Below, one piece after another: positions 25,369 to 35,373 of a stretch of 38,570 nt of DNA. The translations under genes and the position numbers were made by a program. How positions within the stretch are numbered: the stretch's first letter is position 1; each line of letters begins with the position of its first letter. A model generated the notes under the pieces. The model worked only from the letters and a program-made list of their open reading frames with translations, had not been told where the DNA came from and did not search any database. Source of the stretch: a virus (taxonomy: Duplodnaviria; Caudoviricetes); IMG/VR virus record IMGVR_UViG_3300029821_000139, positions 1-38,570 of that record. One strand, given 5' to 3'.

Positions 25369-25764
25369 TCACTCCAACCTTTCAAGACTAATAAATATGC
25401 CAGGTACATCACTCCAAAACTTTTCGGTAATTTCACTGGCCACTAATGCGTCATCTTTCCAGTAGCCCAAATCAGTCATAACATCTTTAAGAAGCTTTTG
25501 AAGATTGTCAGTGTCAGGCTTAGTAGTTTTATACTCACCATTTGTATGCTTACCAGTAATCGGAAAGCACCACTTTGTAATTAATCTAATTGGACCAGTG
25601 AATGGCTCACTAGGTGAATGCTTACTTAAATGTGCTTTAAGTTTTGTACGAGCTGCTTTAAGTTCTTCTGGCTCATAGAAAAATGGTTTACCTTTAACAA
25701 CATGAACTTGTTTTTCTTGATGTGTTACTGTCGGAGGAATCATGTGAAGAAAAAAACTAATCAT
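25369..25764 (-). CDS. rusA: RusA-family Holliday junction resolvase
   Basis: KPDTDNLQKLLKDVM...WKDDALV. Confidence 0.92.
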   Translation of the reverse strand: MISFFLHMIPPTVTHQEKQVHVVKGKPFFYEPEELKAARTKLKAHLSKHSPSEPFTGPIRLITKWCFPITGKHTNGEYKTTKPDTDNLQKLLKDVMTDLGYWKDDALVASEITEKFWSDVPGIFISLERLE

Positions 25765-25899
25765 TGAATCAACACCTTTACATTTCAATATTTGAATTTA
25801 CTGATTTACTTTTTATTTTTAAAAACCTTTTGTCATTGAAGGGGGAGGAGTGTTGTGTGTGCAGCGCTTAAGCACACACTACTCACCCCCATGACCATG

Positions 25900-26140
25900 C
25901 GAGGGAAACGAGGGAAATTACCTATACGTAGTATAGGGTTTTCCCTTTCCCTGTAATTCTCGAGAATCCTCGAGAATTTCCCTCTAACGGAAACAGGGAA
26001 AATGACTCGAGAATTTCCCTTCCCTCGGAAACCGTTTCCTTCGAGAATTTCCCTCAGAGAAGAGGGAAAGGAAACCGTTTCCCTCGAGTTTTTCCCTCTG
26101 ACGGAAAGGGAAATTGTGTCGAGTTTTTCCCTTTCCCTTA
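25900..26140. repeat. Putative phage replication origin with direct and inverted iterons
   Basis: TCGAGAATTTCCCT x3, TCGAGTTTTTCCCT x2 and many AGGGAAA/TTTCCCT, non-coding, downstream of the primase-helicase. Confidence 0.75.
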
Positions 26141-26153
26141 TGATATAGTGATG

Positions 26154-26369
26154 TCAATTTCGGCTTACAATTATGTTAATAACGTTCCTTAGCTGCTTTA
26201 AATCATCTCTAAATATGTCTACTGTCCTGACAATGTAGTCATGATATTCGGTATTTTCAGATTCAATTAGCTGATTAGTTATAAAATTATAAGTCCTTTG
26301 TTCACCCATTATATAAACTTGAATCGATTGACTAGGATAAAAACACTTCAATAATTCAATTAACTTCAT
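26154..26369 (-). CDS. Hypothetical protein
   Basis: RBS AGGAG, AT-rich ORF between primase and origin. Confidence 0.6.
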   Translation of the reverse strand: MKLIELLKCFYPSQSIQVYIMGEQRTYNFITNQLIESENTEYHDYIVRTVDIFRDDLKQLRNVINIIVSRN

Positions 26370-26386
26370 ATATTCACACTCCTTAT

Positions 26387-28603
26387 CTATTTTTTCTTAC
26401 CAACTTTGCCATCATCTACCCAGTAACCACCATGTTCTTTCAGCCTGTTCCTGACTGTCTTATCCGTTACACCCATGTACTCACTTAGCCCTTCAATAGT
26501 GACTTGACCATTGATACCACAAGCTTCTATAGCTAAATCAACAGATACTTTACGTTCTTGCTTTGCTTCATCAGGAGTCTTTTTCTTTGATAGATTCTTC
26601 TTCCACGGAGCCCTTTCAGTATCTAGTTTTATGCCCTCTAATATTTCAGACTTGTCAACCTTATGTACGGGATATTCAAACCATAGATTGACTGGCTTAA
26701 ATTTTGGAAACTCACGCAACGTACCTTCAATTCTCCACGCTGATATGCTTTTGACAGCATCCCTTGCAGCATATAAGTCTTTCTGCATTGCTTTGTCTTG
26801 TTCGATGCTTAAAGCTTTTTTACAATGATCTAGCATAGCGTTCTGACTACACATATCATCTTGTGACACCCGTTCATCCATATAAGCTTCAGCATATTTA
26901 TTGAGCCAATTAATGCAGACATTACATAGAGCTTTATTTATTTCGTTGTTAAGAACATCATCACTTAATTCTAATTCTATAAGGTCAAGTAGTGCATCAG
27001 GGTCTCTGGCAAATACACCTGAGCCAGAAGCTCTGTCCATACTTTTTTTGTTGCCTTGTCCACCTTTTGAGTGGTGATGACAATATATGACAGCACTACC
27101 AAGTTCTGTGCAAATTTTATCAAACTGATTAACAAAGTGAGCCATCTGATCTGCGCTATTTTCATCACCTGTAATAACTTTGTAAATTGGGTCTATAACT
27201 ATGGCTATGTAATTCTTCTTTTGTGCCCTTCTAATAAGCTTAGGAGCTAATTTATCCATTGGTACCGACTTACCTCTAAGATTCCAAATATCGATGTTAG
27301 ATAAGTTATTTGGTGCCCATCCAAGAGCAGTATATACATCTTTAAAACGATGTAGGCAACTGGCACGATCAAGCTCAAGATTAACGTACATTATCTTGCC
27401 TTGTGCGCAATCCCAATTAAGCCATCTCTTACCCTCGGCAATAGAAATACACATTTCAATCAGAGAGTATGACTTGCCAGCCTTAGAAGGTCCAGCAAGT
27501 AGAAGTTTGTGTCCTTGTCTAAGCATGCCATGAATAAGAGGTGGCGATAACTCAGGAAGGTTGTCCCATAAATCTCCGATATTTTCGGGTTCCGGTAAAT
27601 CATCATTAATACCTTCAATCCATTCCTTCCACTCATTCCATGACTCTTTACCAATGTTCGTATCAATAAGAAATTGCTTTTGACCATTCCGCATAATGCC
27701 TGGCATTCGTGATAATCTAGATGGATTCTTATTTTGAGTATCTACCTTAAGACCATTCTTCTTACAAACCTCATATAGATAATCAACACGTTTTCTGTAC
27801 TCATCATAGTTAGCTGCATCGATTTTAACGATAGCATGGATGCTCTTACCACCTGAATGGACCAAGCAAGCAACCGGTAATTCTAGTTCCCTGATAATTG
27901 CATTTTGCTTATCAAGCTCCATATCATCTGACTCAACAAGCGCATATCTAAACTCAGTCACGTTATCGTTTTTAACGCCTTTACCATCGAGAGGATTAAA
28001 CCTAATCCATGCACCAACTTCTGGCTTGTAATCACCAAGCACCGAACCAATGTCACCTTTACAATTGTTAAGCTGCTGAATCAGTTCGCCGGCTGTACGA
28101 TCACTTGCGCCCTTGGTTGGCATATGCCTACCGTCTTTTTCCCAACTAGAGGTCACGTAGCCGACATTTTCAGTAGATTGAAACAAAGTCTCAAGGTACT
28201 TAACCAACTGTTCAACGGGATTCCATTTATTAGGTTCTAAAACTTCTCTACCTTCCAACCAGTTCTTGTCAATAACCACCAAATTATCTCTTGAACCAAT
28301 GATGTCATCCCAACCAAGTTCTCTGTTCTCATGATGAGGTGGTACCCAACCGCCATCTTTTGCCATTTGCACCACAGTACCGGCAGTAACAGGAGTGGCA
28401 GACCCTTTGAAGGTGTCCCATTTCTTGAAACACTCTCCGGGATGATAACGTCCGATGTCTCTTCTGCTCCAAGCATCAAAATCAGCTGCAGTGTGTCCTT
28501 CATCCTTAAGAGCCATGCCCACTGACACCCACTCGGTATAATCAAGCATAGAAGGATCTATATATTCTAGTAGCTCTATAATGTTATATTGCTGTCTGTC
28601 CAA
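26387..28603 (-). CDS. Primase-helicase (PriCT_2 + primase + AAA_25/RepA-like + C-terminal HTH)
   Basis: YTEWVSVGMALK, VESD, SGGKSIH, GPSKAGKS, VIDP and HHHSKG. Confidence 0.9.
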   Translation of the reverse strand: MDRQQYNIIELLEYIDPSMLDYTEWVSVGMALKDEGHTAADFDAWSRRDIGRYHPGECFKKWDTFKGSATPVTAGTVVQMAKDGGWVPPHHENRELGWDDIIGSRDNLVVIDKNWLEGREVLEPNKWNPVEQLVKYLETLFQSTENVGYVTSSWEKDGRHMPTKGASDRTAGELIQQLNNCKGDIGSVLGDYKPEVGAWIRFNPLDGKGVKNDNVTEFRYALVESDDMELDKQNAIIRELELPVACLVHSGGKSIHAIVKIDAANYDEYRKRVDYLYEVCKKNGLKVDTQNKNPSRLSRMPGIMRNGQKQFLIDTNIGKESWNEWKEWIEGINDDLPEPENIGDLWDNLPELSPPLIHGMLRQGHKLLLAGPSKAGKSYSLIEMCISIAEGKRWLNWDCAQGKIMYVNLELDRASCLHRFKDVYTALGWAPNNLSNIDIWNLRGKSVPMDKLAPKLIRRAQKKNYIAIVIDPIYKVITGDENSADQMAHFVNQFDKICTELGSAVIYCHHHSKGGQGNKKSMDRASGSGVFARDPDALLDLIELELSDDVLNNEINKALCNVCINWLNKYAEAYMDERVSQDDMCSQNAMLDHCKKALSIEQDKAMQKDLYAARDAVKSISAWRIEGTLREFPKFKPVNLWFEYPVHKVDKSEILEGIKLDTERAPWKKNLSKKKTPDEAKQERKVSVDLAIEACGINGQVTIEGLSEYMGVTDKTVRNRLKEHGGYWVDDGKVGKKK

Positions 28604-30204
28604 TCTGCCACCTCATTCTTTGGTTTATAAGTATGTGGATCAATGTCTCTTGGTATCTTCCAACCATTCCCAGCAATTCTGTCAATCAAACCTTTGGCAG
28701 AATCAAAATTCCAAGTCCCAACATGATTAAAACCTTTGTTTTCTAGGAATCTGATTTGCTTAGGTGTTGTAAGACCTTCTGTCCTACGCTTATCAAGTCT
28801 GTCAAGTAACTTAGCTGCTTTACCTGCACACTCGACATGATCTGGAAGAATACCTAACTTTTCGAGTACTTGTAACTGCTTTTCGGAAGCCGGACCCATC
28901 TCCCAACCAAACGAAGGTGTATAGTCTACTAAATCCTCGGCTTGAATACTCATCTCAAACTGCAACGGATCAACAAGCTTTTGCTTTCTTCGCTTCATCT
29001 CAGCAAGTTGCTTCGCAAGAGCTTCTTCACGTTGGGCCACAACATCCTCACTAGCCTTTGATTCAGCTTCTTCAATATCAACTGCACATCCTGCTTCTTC
29101 AATGTTCTCAGTCATCTTCTTGGCCACTTCTTCATTCTCACAAATAAGGTGAGCCGGATGACAAAGTTCATGACGTTCTGTATGCCATAAGAAATCTAGT
29201 AAAAGTAAGTGGTCCTTATCTTTGAAAAGCCTGGTACCACGTCCCACCATCTGTGAATATAAACTTCTAATCTTAGTTGGTCTAAGTACGACGATACAGT
29301 CAACAGATGGACAATCCCACCCTTCTGTTAGTAGCATCGAGTTACAAAGAACGTTGTATTTGTCATTTACAAAATCAGAAAGAATCTCAACTCTATCTTT
29401 TGAGTCACCATTAACCTCTGCTGCCCTGAAACCCTTATCATTAAGAATATTAGTAAACTTTTGACTTGTTTTGATAAGCGGTAAAAATACGACTGTCTTT
29501 CTATTGGAGCAATACTTAATCATTTCTTCTGCTATCTGATATAGATAAGGGTCAAGTGCGGTACCGAGATCGCTTGATTTAAAATCTCCTGCCTGTTGGC
29601 TTACGCCGCTTAAATCTATTTTTAGTGGGATAGTTTGAGCTTTAATAGGTACAAGATAACCCTCTTTGATAGCCTTTGGTAATGTGTATTCATATGCTAA
29701 TGATTCAAAATACTGGCCAAGGTTCTTCATATCTCCTCTATCAGGTGTTGCAGTAACGCCTAACACTTTAGCCTGGTTAAAATAACTAAGAACCTTTTGA
29801 TAGCTATCTGATATGCAGTGATGAGCCTCATCAATTATAATCGTGTCAAAGTGATCTGGGTCAAACTGGTCTAATCGCTTTTGACGCATTAAGGATTGTA
29901 CGGAGCCAACAACGATCCGAAACCAACTTCCAAGGCTTGTGTCCTCAGCTTTTTCAACCGCGCACCCAAGACCAGTTGACTGCATAATCTTATCAGCAGC
30001 TTGGTCAAGTAACTCACCACGATGAGCCATAATCAAAACACGATCACCAAGCTTTACACATTCAGCAGCAAGCTTGGCAAAAACAATAGTCTTACCGGTA
30101 CCAGTCGGGAGTACCAGCAAGGTACGCTGGTTCCCGTTCTTCCATTCTGTTAATATTGAATCCTTTGCTTCTTCTTGATATTTTCGGAGTTGCAATGCAA
30201 TCAC
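28576..30204 (-). CDS. SF2 DEAH-box helicase
   Basis: PTGTGKT, DEAHH, TATP and QMVGRGTR. Confidence 0.95.
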   Translation of the reverse strand: MIALQLRKYQEEAKDSILTEWKNGNQRTLLVLPTGTGKTIVFAKLAAECVKLGDRVLIMAHRGELLDQAADKIMQSTGLGCAVEKAEDTSLGSWFRIVVGSVQSLMRQKRLDQFDPDHFDTIIIDEAHHCISDSYQKVLSYFNQAKVLGVTATPDRGDMKNLGQYFESLAYEYTLPKAIKEGYLVPIKAQTIPLKIDLSGVSQQAGDFKSSDLGTALDPYLYQIAEEMIKYCSNRKTVVFLPLIKTSQKFTNILNDKGFRAAEVNGDSKDRVEILSDFVNDKYNVLCNSMLLTEGWDCPSVDCIVVLRPTKIRSLYSQMVGRGTRLFKDKDHLLLLDFLWHTERHELCHPAHLICENEEVAKKMTENIEEAGCAVDIEEAESKASEDVVAQREEALAKQLAEMKRRKQKLVDPLQFEMSIQAEDLVDYTPSFGWEMGPASEKQLQVLEKLGILPDHVECAGKAAKLLDRLDKRRTEGLTTPKQIRFLENKGFNHVGTWNFDSAKGLIDRIAGNGWKIPRDIDPHTYKPKNEVADWTDSNITL

Positions 30205-30210
30205 TCCCCT

Positions 30211-30675
30211 CTAGAATTGCCCCGGTACGATGCTCTTAGTTTGAGCGCCATCAGCTGGCTCATAAAACTTTTTAATCTCGTTGAAGGTAAGTTCTTCACC
30301 CTTTTCATTTTTCCATTTCTTGATGCCTACCTTGCAACGACCAATTGAGCCGGTAACTGCATTCCAATTCATAGTGACCTTCTCACCTTTTTTTCTTTGG
30401 CCAATACCTGTGAAGAATGCACATAACATACCTTCTGTCTTAGTGTGTAAGAAAAGATTATGCTTAATAGTTGTAGACTCACCTGTTGTTGCTGTTACTT
30501 TAATGAACACAACTGCTTTGTTACATGGTGGAAGCTTCTCACTACCATCGTGTCTAGCTCTTTCAAAACTAGTAACCTCGAAATCATAATCACCTTCAGG
30601 TAAAATTATAAAATCTTGCCCATCATTTTCGATTTGATCATCCCAGCTTAATTCTTTTTCTAAATTGTTATCCAT
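30211..30675 (-). CDS. Phage single-stranded DNA-binding protein (DUF669-like)
   Basis: LPEGDYDFEV...NEIKKF, follows Sak4, ends in F. Confidence 0.75.
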   Translation of the reverse strand: MDNNLEKELSWDDQIENDGQDFIILPEGDYDFEVTSFERARHDGSEKLPPCNKAVVFIKVTATTGESTTIKHNLFLHTKTEGMLCAFFTGIGQRKKGEKVTMNWNAVTGSIGRCKVGIKKWKNEKGEELTFNEIKKFYEPADGAQTKSIVPGQF

Positions 30676-30724
30676 AATTTCATTTCTCCTTAGTTGTCAG
30701 CATTAATTAAGTAGTGTCTATTTG

Positions 30725-31840
30725 TTAGTTGTCCCATGGCATCTTTTCATCACCAACTGGTACAAACTTACCGTTTCTTTGTTGTATGACCTTAATCAGC
30801 TCATACACTTTATCCCATGCTCCAATTAGTACCCCACTGATAAACTGCGGATCATAATTAGCAATCGGTGTTTCTTTTGGATAGTAACCTCTACTTGCCA
30901 CTGCCTCCTGTATCTCGCTTTCTTCAACATTGTGGGCAGTCATCATATCCCATAGAGGTTTTGGAACACCTTCAGGCGCATCAGTGTTACTTTGAGGTAT
31001 TACCTCGATACCTTGTGGACTGTCAGCGACCTTAACTTCTTGAACAACGTTTGAAGGTGTTGCTACTGGTTCTACCTGTTTAACCGGCTCATTTGATTTA
31101 ATAGTTGAACAAGATGGGATGTGATCACTAATAGACTCAAACTCAAAAGGAAGTTCTTCTTGAAGTCCCCAACGGTTTTTAGCATCCCAAGAAACATGGT
31201 GAGTGGAATACATAACACGCTTACCACCTTGCGCCTTATTCTTGCCTTTTTGAACGCCTTGACCATCAACATTAACCACATAGGTCTTATAATTGACAAA
31301 TAGTACTGCATCGGCCCATTCCTTTAATAATGGAGCGGTTTTCTTTTGAAGTTTTAATTCCCATCTGTCATATGATCCTAACTCATCTGGTTGTTCAAAT
31401 TTCCTCATTTGAGCATGAGCCGTAACAACAACATTAATTCCTACATCTATCACTTCTTCAAGAAGGTTCAAAAGCTTACCGAATGCCTCTTCTAAATAAA
31501 CAAATCCGTTTCCATATCCAAAATCAGCAATACTTTTCTTCTGTGCACTTGAGCATACATATTCCGAACAAAGCTTCTCTGCCCAATCTGCTGTATCAAT
31601 GACAAGTGTTTTACAAATAGTAGGATTGTTCTTAACATACTTGGCTTGTTCAAATAACATAGTCCAACTACTTGGCTTATGCTTATCCGTCCTTCTTACA
31701 TCCATATGCTTTGTACTTCCCTCGGTATCAATAAACAAAGGATCTGGAAACTTAGAAGCAAATGTTGATTTACCAATGCCCTCTGGACCGTATACGACAA
31801 CTTTTTGAGCTGATTCAATCTTTCCTGTTGAAATATTCAT
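30725..31840 (-). CDS. Sak4-like recombinase (AAA_24 ATPase)
   Basis: YGPEGIGKS, DTEGS, LVIDT and AKNR. Confidence 0.85.
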   Translation of the reverse strand: MNISTGKIESAQKVVVYGPEGIGKSTFASKFPDPLFIDTEGSTKHMDVRRTDKHKPSSWTMLFEQAKYVKNNPTICKTLVIDTADWAEKLCSEYVCSSAQKKSIADFGYGNGFVYLEEAFGKLLNLLEEVIDVGINVVVTAHAQMRKFEQPDELGSYDRWELKLQKKTAPLLKEWADAVLFVNYKTYVVNVDGQGVQKGKNKAQGGKRVMYSTHHVSWDAKNRWGLQEELPFEFESISDHIPSCSTIKSNEPVKQVEPVATPSNVVQEVKVADSPQGIEVIPQSNTDAPEGVPKPLWDMMTAHNVEESEIQEAVASRGYYPKETPIANYDPQFISGVLIGAWDKVYELIKVIQQRNGKFVPVGDEKMPWDN

Positions 31841-33171
31841 TAGAATTGTCCCTCTTTCCATTGATTTGTATTAATAGTAGCCACTTCTTCTTTTATACTG
31901 CTGACTTCATCACCAAGGACATATCCATCATCAATGATAATGCTGCACTCACCACCAGTGCTTACCCTGGTAGCTATAGCCTGCAAATCTTCTTGTTCAA
32001 GCCAAGAACCAAACTCTGTAAGCGTCTGTAAATCCATCTGTTCAAGCTTGTCAAGGAGTACAAAACCACACTTAGGATTAAGCTTACGAACGATGGCGGT
32101 TGCTACTTTCAACTGATCTGCACTGCTCATACCATCCCATTTACTACCGTTGTAAAGTAGATCACCATCGTCAACCGTTAAGCCAGGTAAAGGTAGTTCA
32201 GCGTTATTAAGTAAATCAGCCTTGGCCTTCCTAACTTCATCGATTTCAGCAGATAGCTTGCTATATTGTTGCTTATATTGGAGTGCATCATCCTCAGCTT
32301 TTTCCTTGTCAAGGTTCGAACGAATCTTCTGGTTAATGGCATCAATGTTATTGATGTTGTTCTCAAGTTCCTCAGTGCTTTCATCTTGAAGGTCAATCAG
32401 TGACTTCTTAGCAGTGGCTAGATCATCATTAAGTAAAGCAAGTTCAGCGTTCTCCTTCTCAAGCTTCTCTTGAATCGCCTTAAGCGTCTCTTGAGTCTGC
32501 ATGATCTGTCTGTTCATGAGGTATATGTTCTCTTGAATCTTCTCAGCCTTGTCACGCTTCCTGTTGTTCTCACCGTTCTTAGCCAAGATTTCCTGTTGCT
32601 GCTTAATCAAGTCTGATGCAGAAATCAAATCCTTAGGAACATCCGGATAGTAAACTTGTTCCTTAGCGTACTTTTCCTTTTGATCCATGACTTGACCCAT
32701 GGCATGGCGCTTGTTGTATAACTCAGTCTCTTTCTGCTCAAGCACTTTAAGTTGTGGACCAACACCAATAATCTGTAGTAATGTATTAGCCTTTTCCTTT
32801 GAAGTGGAATTCATGAACTTTGGCAAATCAATGGCCAATTGCTCTACAAACTCATCTAATAACTGTTGTCCACCCTTACCACCATTAGGGTCTGTAACCT
32901 TAAGGCTGCTGTTCTTGCCTTTTCTCTCAACAACAAGTCCATTGCTCATAATAATCTGTAGATTAGGTGGAATAACTGACCCTTCTCTTTGAGGGTTAGA
33001 TGGTCGATATTTCTCTCCACCAAGCACCCAAGCAATTGAATCAAGTATTGAGGTTTTACCTTGCCTATTGTTCCCACCTATTACCGTTAACCCGTTCTTT
33101 GTCGGCTCTAACTTAACGGCTTTGATACGCTTCACATTTTCGATTTCAAGTCTATTAATCTTTAAACTCAT
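31840..33171 (-). CDS. SMC/SbcC-like AAA ATPase
   Basis: GNNRQGKT, long coiled coil, MSSADQ signature and VLLD. Confidence 0.85.
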   Translation of the reverse strand: MSLKINRLEIENVKRIKAVKLEPTKNGLTVIGGNNRQGKTSILDSIAWVLGGEKYRPSNPQREGSVIPPNLQIIMSNGLVVERKGKNSSLKVTDPNGGKGGQQLLDEFVEQLAIDLPKFMNSTSKEKANTLLQIIGVGPQLKVLEQKETELYNKRHAMGQVMDQKEKYAKEQVYYPDVPKDLISASDLIKQQQEILAKNGENNRKRDKAEKIQENIYLMNRQIMQTQETLKAIQEKLEKENAELALLNDDLATAKKSLIDLQDESTEELENNINNIDAINQKIRSNLDKEKAEDDALQYKQQYSKLSAEIDEVRKAKADLLNNAELPLPGLTVDDGDLLYNGSKWDGMSSADQLKVATAIVRKLNPKCGFVLLDKLEQMDLQTLTEFGSWLEQEDLQAIATRVSTGGECSIIIDDGYVLGDEVSSIKEEVATINTNQWKEGQF

Positions 33172-33382
33172 ATAAACCTCCTAGATTTCTTCTCCTAAGA
33201 ACTCGATTGTATTTCCAGTTACGTCTATTGCAATAATCTTCTTGGGTTGATACAATACGTCGTACAAGGCAATAGGTACCTTTCTTTAAAACTAAGTCAA
33301 TTGCCATATTAAATTCCAAATCTGTGTCAACCGTTATGTACTCGTGATTATTTGTTTGTATAAATAAAGTCGTGCTTATCAT
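33155..33382 (-). CDS. Hypothetical protein
   Basis: TAATG coupling with the upstream gene. The true 3' part is uncertain. Confidence 0.5.
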   Translation of the reverse strand: MISTTLFIQTNNHEYITVDTDLEFNMAIDLVLKKGTYCLVRRIVSTQEDYCNRRNWKYNRVLRRRNLGGLYEFKD

Positions 33383-33975
33383 TAGCGCTTTCCCCTCTCT
33401 ACTAATTCTACGTCTTTAATCACAAAAGCAAGTCCAATTCCTTGAGATACAAAGAAATGGTTCATTTCAATTAGCTTCTCTGGCTCTTTGATAGCATTTT
33501 TCAGCAATGCAAGAGTTGGATCAATTACCTGTCCTTCTTGCATCATAAATTCTTCAGCTACAACTACTTCTTCAACCGTCTTAGTCTCAACTTCCGCTTT
33601 AACCACTTCAACACTTTCAACACGCTCCTTCTTATCCTTGTCTATGAATTCAAGGACTTCCTTTGTTTCTTCATTTATCTTGATTTCGTAGTAACCAGTA
33701 CCAATTTTAATAAGATCGTAACCTTCATCATTGATGGCTTTTTCAATTTTTAAGATATAAAAATTAGTCATTGATTTTAGGTCTAACATCTTTTTAACTA
33801 GATTATTATCAAATCTGGGAAACTTATGTATTAACTCTCTAGCAATAGCAACATAATCATATTTCATTCTTCGTTCCTCTCTTTCATCTAACATGTAGCC
33901 AATGGATTTAACTTTTTCATCTTGCCTACTATCGATTTCACGGAATAACGCATCCGGATCTAGTTCCCTACTCAT
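33382..33975 (-). CDS. Hypothetical protein
   Basis: RBS AAGGAG. Confidence 0.65.
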   Translation of the reverse strand: MSRELDPDALFREIDSRQDEKVKSIGYMLDEREERRMKYDYVAIARELIHKFPRFDNNLVKKMLDLKSMTNFYILKIEKAINDEGYDLIKIGTGYYEIKINEETKEVLEFIDKDKKERVESVEVVKAEVETKTVEEVVVAEEFMMQEGQVIDPTLALLKNAIKEPEKLIEMNHFFVSQGIGLAFVIKDVELVERGKR

Positions 33976-33990
33976 AAGGTTCTCCTTTTC

Positions 33991-34063
33991 TTGATTTCAT
34001 AAAGAAGAAATGGTACAATCAACTTGTCTAGGGTCTGCCATTTCTTCTTGGTGGACTTTTTTT
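33991..34063 (+). ncRNA. Candidate ~40-nt antisense RNA unit (promoter plus terminator)
   Basis: TTGATT-17-TACAAT with extended TG, then hairpin GTCTGCCA/TGGTGGAC followed by T7. Confidence 0.5.
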
Positions 34064-34247
34064 AATGCCTCCAGCTCCACACTTCGCATCCAAACAACAA
34101 TAGGACCAGTGCGAATAATGTAAGGCCAAAGTACTCGAGTACTGTTTGTCTCATGACTTTAATGGCTTCAATTGGAACTACCATTACAAGTGCCATGATT
34201 ATGATGATCGTGACGGTCCATGCTGCCATTACTAGTTTATGATTCAT
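34062..34247 (-). CDS. Small membrane protein (2 TM)
   Basis: Two hydrophobic segments, RBS GAGGTG. Confidence 0.65.
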   Translation of the reverse strand: MNHKLVMAAWTVTIIIIMALVMVVPIEAIKVMRQTVLEYFGLTLFALVLLLFGCEVWSWRH

Positions 34248-34264
34248 CTTTCACCTCTTTCTTA

Positions 34265-34876
34265 TTAATCCAAGATATCAAGCCTAATTGATAGTTCTCC
34301 CGAAAACAGTTGTGCATTGCCTCGTTGGATAACCAACATATCGTGAGGGCAACACTCCTCATTCATAAAGTCCTGTATCGGTTTCATTATTTTCTGTAGC
34401 TTTTTGCTTCTTATTCTGTTTAACTCTTTAGATATGCTTACATCCTTATGTTCATATTCATCGCTTATCAGCTCTTCAATGGTAACTGAAAAAGCTTTTG
34501 CGATTTTTTCAAGTATACGAAAGTCAATTCTTGTGCTATTTCTAGACATTATGGTATAAAGCGTGTTTTTTGGGATGCCGATAAGATCAGCAAGTTGTGA
34601 AACGTTTAAATTATTTTCATCAAGTAGTTTTTGAAGATTCTCTTTAAATCCCATTTTCTTTTCTTCATTCATCTCATCCCAGTTATCATCTAAAACTTCA
34701 TGCAATGTTACGTTTAAGGCCGAGCAGAGTTTTTTCAATGTATCGAGTTTTGGATTAGCTCTTCCAAGCTCATATTGTCTTATTTGAACTTCATTTATTC
34801 CGGACAATTCACCCAATTTTTTTTGTGTAAGTCCGCGTTCTTTTCGAAGCCTTTTTATATTTTCACCTGTAGTCAA
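34265..34876 (-). CDS. Tandem XRE-HTH protein
   Basis: Two HTH_3-like domains, TTG start with RBS GAGGTG. Confidence 0.85.
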   Translation of the reverse strand: MTTGENIKRLRKERGLTQKKLGELSGINEVQIRQYELGRANPKLDTLKKLCSALNVTLHEVLDDNWDEMNEEKKMGFKENLQKLLDENNLNVSQLADLIGIPKNTLYTIMSRNSTRIDFRILEKIAKAFSVTIEELISDEYEHKDVSISKELNRIRSKKLQKIMKPIQDFMNEECCPHDMLVIQRGNAQLFSGELSIRLDILD

Positions 34877-34881
34877 AGAGC

Positions 34882-34992
34882 TCACCTCTTTCTTGTTGCA
34901 CAAGTTGGACAGACATATTTCTTAAGATGCTTAGCTTTCTTGTGAACACTTATATTCCATACATGAAGGCATTTGGTGCATTTAGCTGTCAT
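34882..34992 (-). CDS. 36-aa zinc-ribbon protein (absent from ORF track)
   Basis: MTAKCTKCLHVW...YVCPTCATRKR, ATGA overlap with the upstream gene. Confidence 0.6.
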   Translation of the reverse strand: MTAKCTKCLHVWNISVHKKAKHLKKYVCPTCATRKR

Positions 34993-35177
34993 GATCTATC
35001 CCTACTTTCTTTCATCTTTATCTGAAGATCTCTCAGGTCTTGTTCTTCATCTTTTATTATTCTGTTGCACCAAGTAATTCTATTCTTGTCTCCTGCTGCT
35101 TTAGCCATTGATAGTAGTTCTTTAGTAGCTTTGATACCAGAAATCAATGCTTCTTCTAGAATTTTATCTGTTGTCAT
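34989..35177 (-). CDS. Hypothetical protein
   Basis: RBS AGGA, operon context. Confidence 0.6.
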   Translation of the reverse strand: MTTDKILEEALISGIKATKELLSMAKAAGDKNRITWCNRIIKDEEQDLRDLQIKMKESRDRS

Positions 35178-35191
35178 GTCCTATCCTTTCA

Positions 35192-35371
35192 TCAGCTTAT
35201 TCTCCTTATAAAATCATCCAGTTTACTTGTGTCAATTAAATACTTGCCGTTTGCGGTTTGGCTTGTCCTAACCACTGGTGCATCCTTTACGTGACACAAG
35301 CGATTAAGCATTTTTCTTGGTAAGCCAGTCTTGCACAATTCCGTTATGCTCATGAACCGCTTTTCGTACAT
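35192..35371 (-). CDS. Excisionase-like winged-HTH protein (59 aa, absent from ORF track)
   Basis: MYEKRFMSITELCKTGLPRKML...GKYLIDTSKLDDFI, directly after cro. Confidence 0.65.
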   Translation of the reverse strand: MYEKRFMSITELCKTGLPRKMLNRLCHVKDAPVVRTSQTANGKYLIDTSKLDDFIRRIS

Positions 35372-35373
35372 TC

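Noticed and set aside
25900-26140. Repeats as a mini-CRISPR
   Set aside because: They are short, irregularly spaced and in both orientations, which fits origin iterons better.
285-33753. Many plus-strand ORFs of 60-165 aa in the ORF track (e.g. 5186-5683, 7969-8430, 9385-9750)
   Set aside because: They are antisense shadows of well-supported minus-strand genes and have no recognisable motifs.
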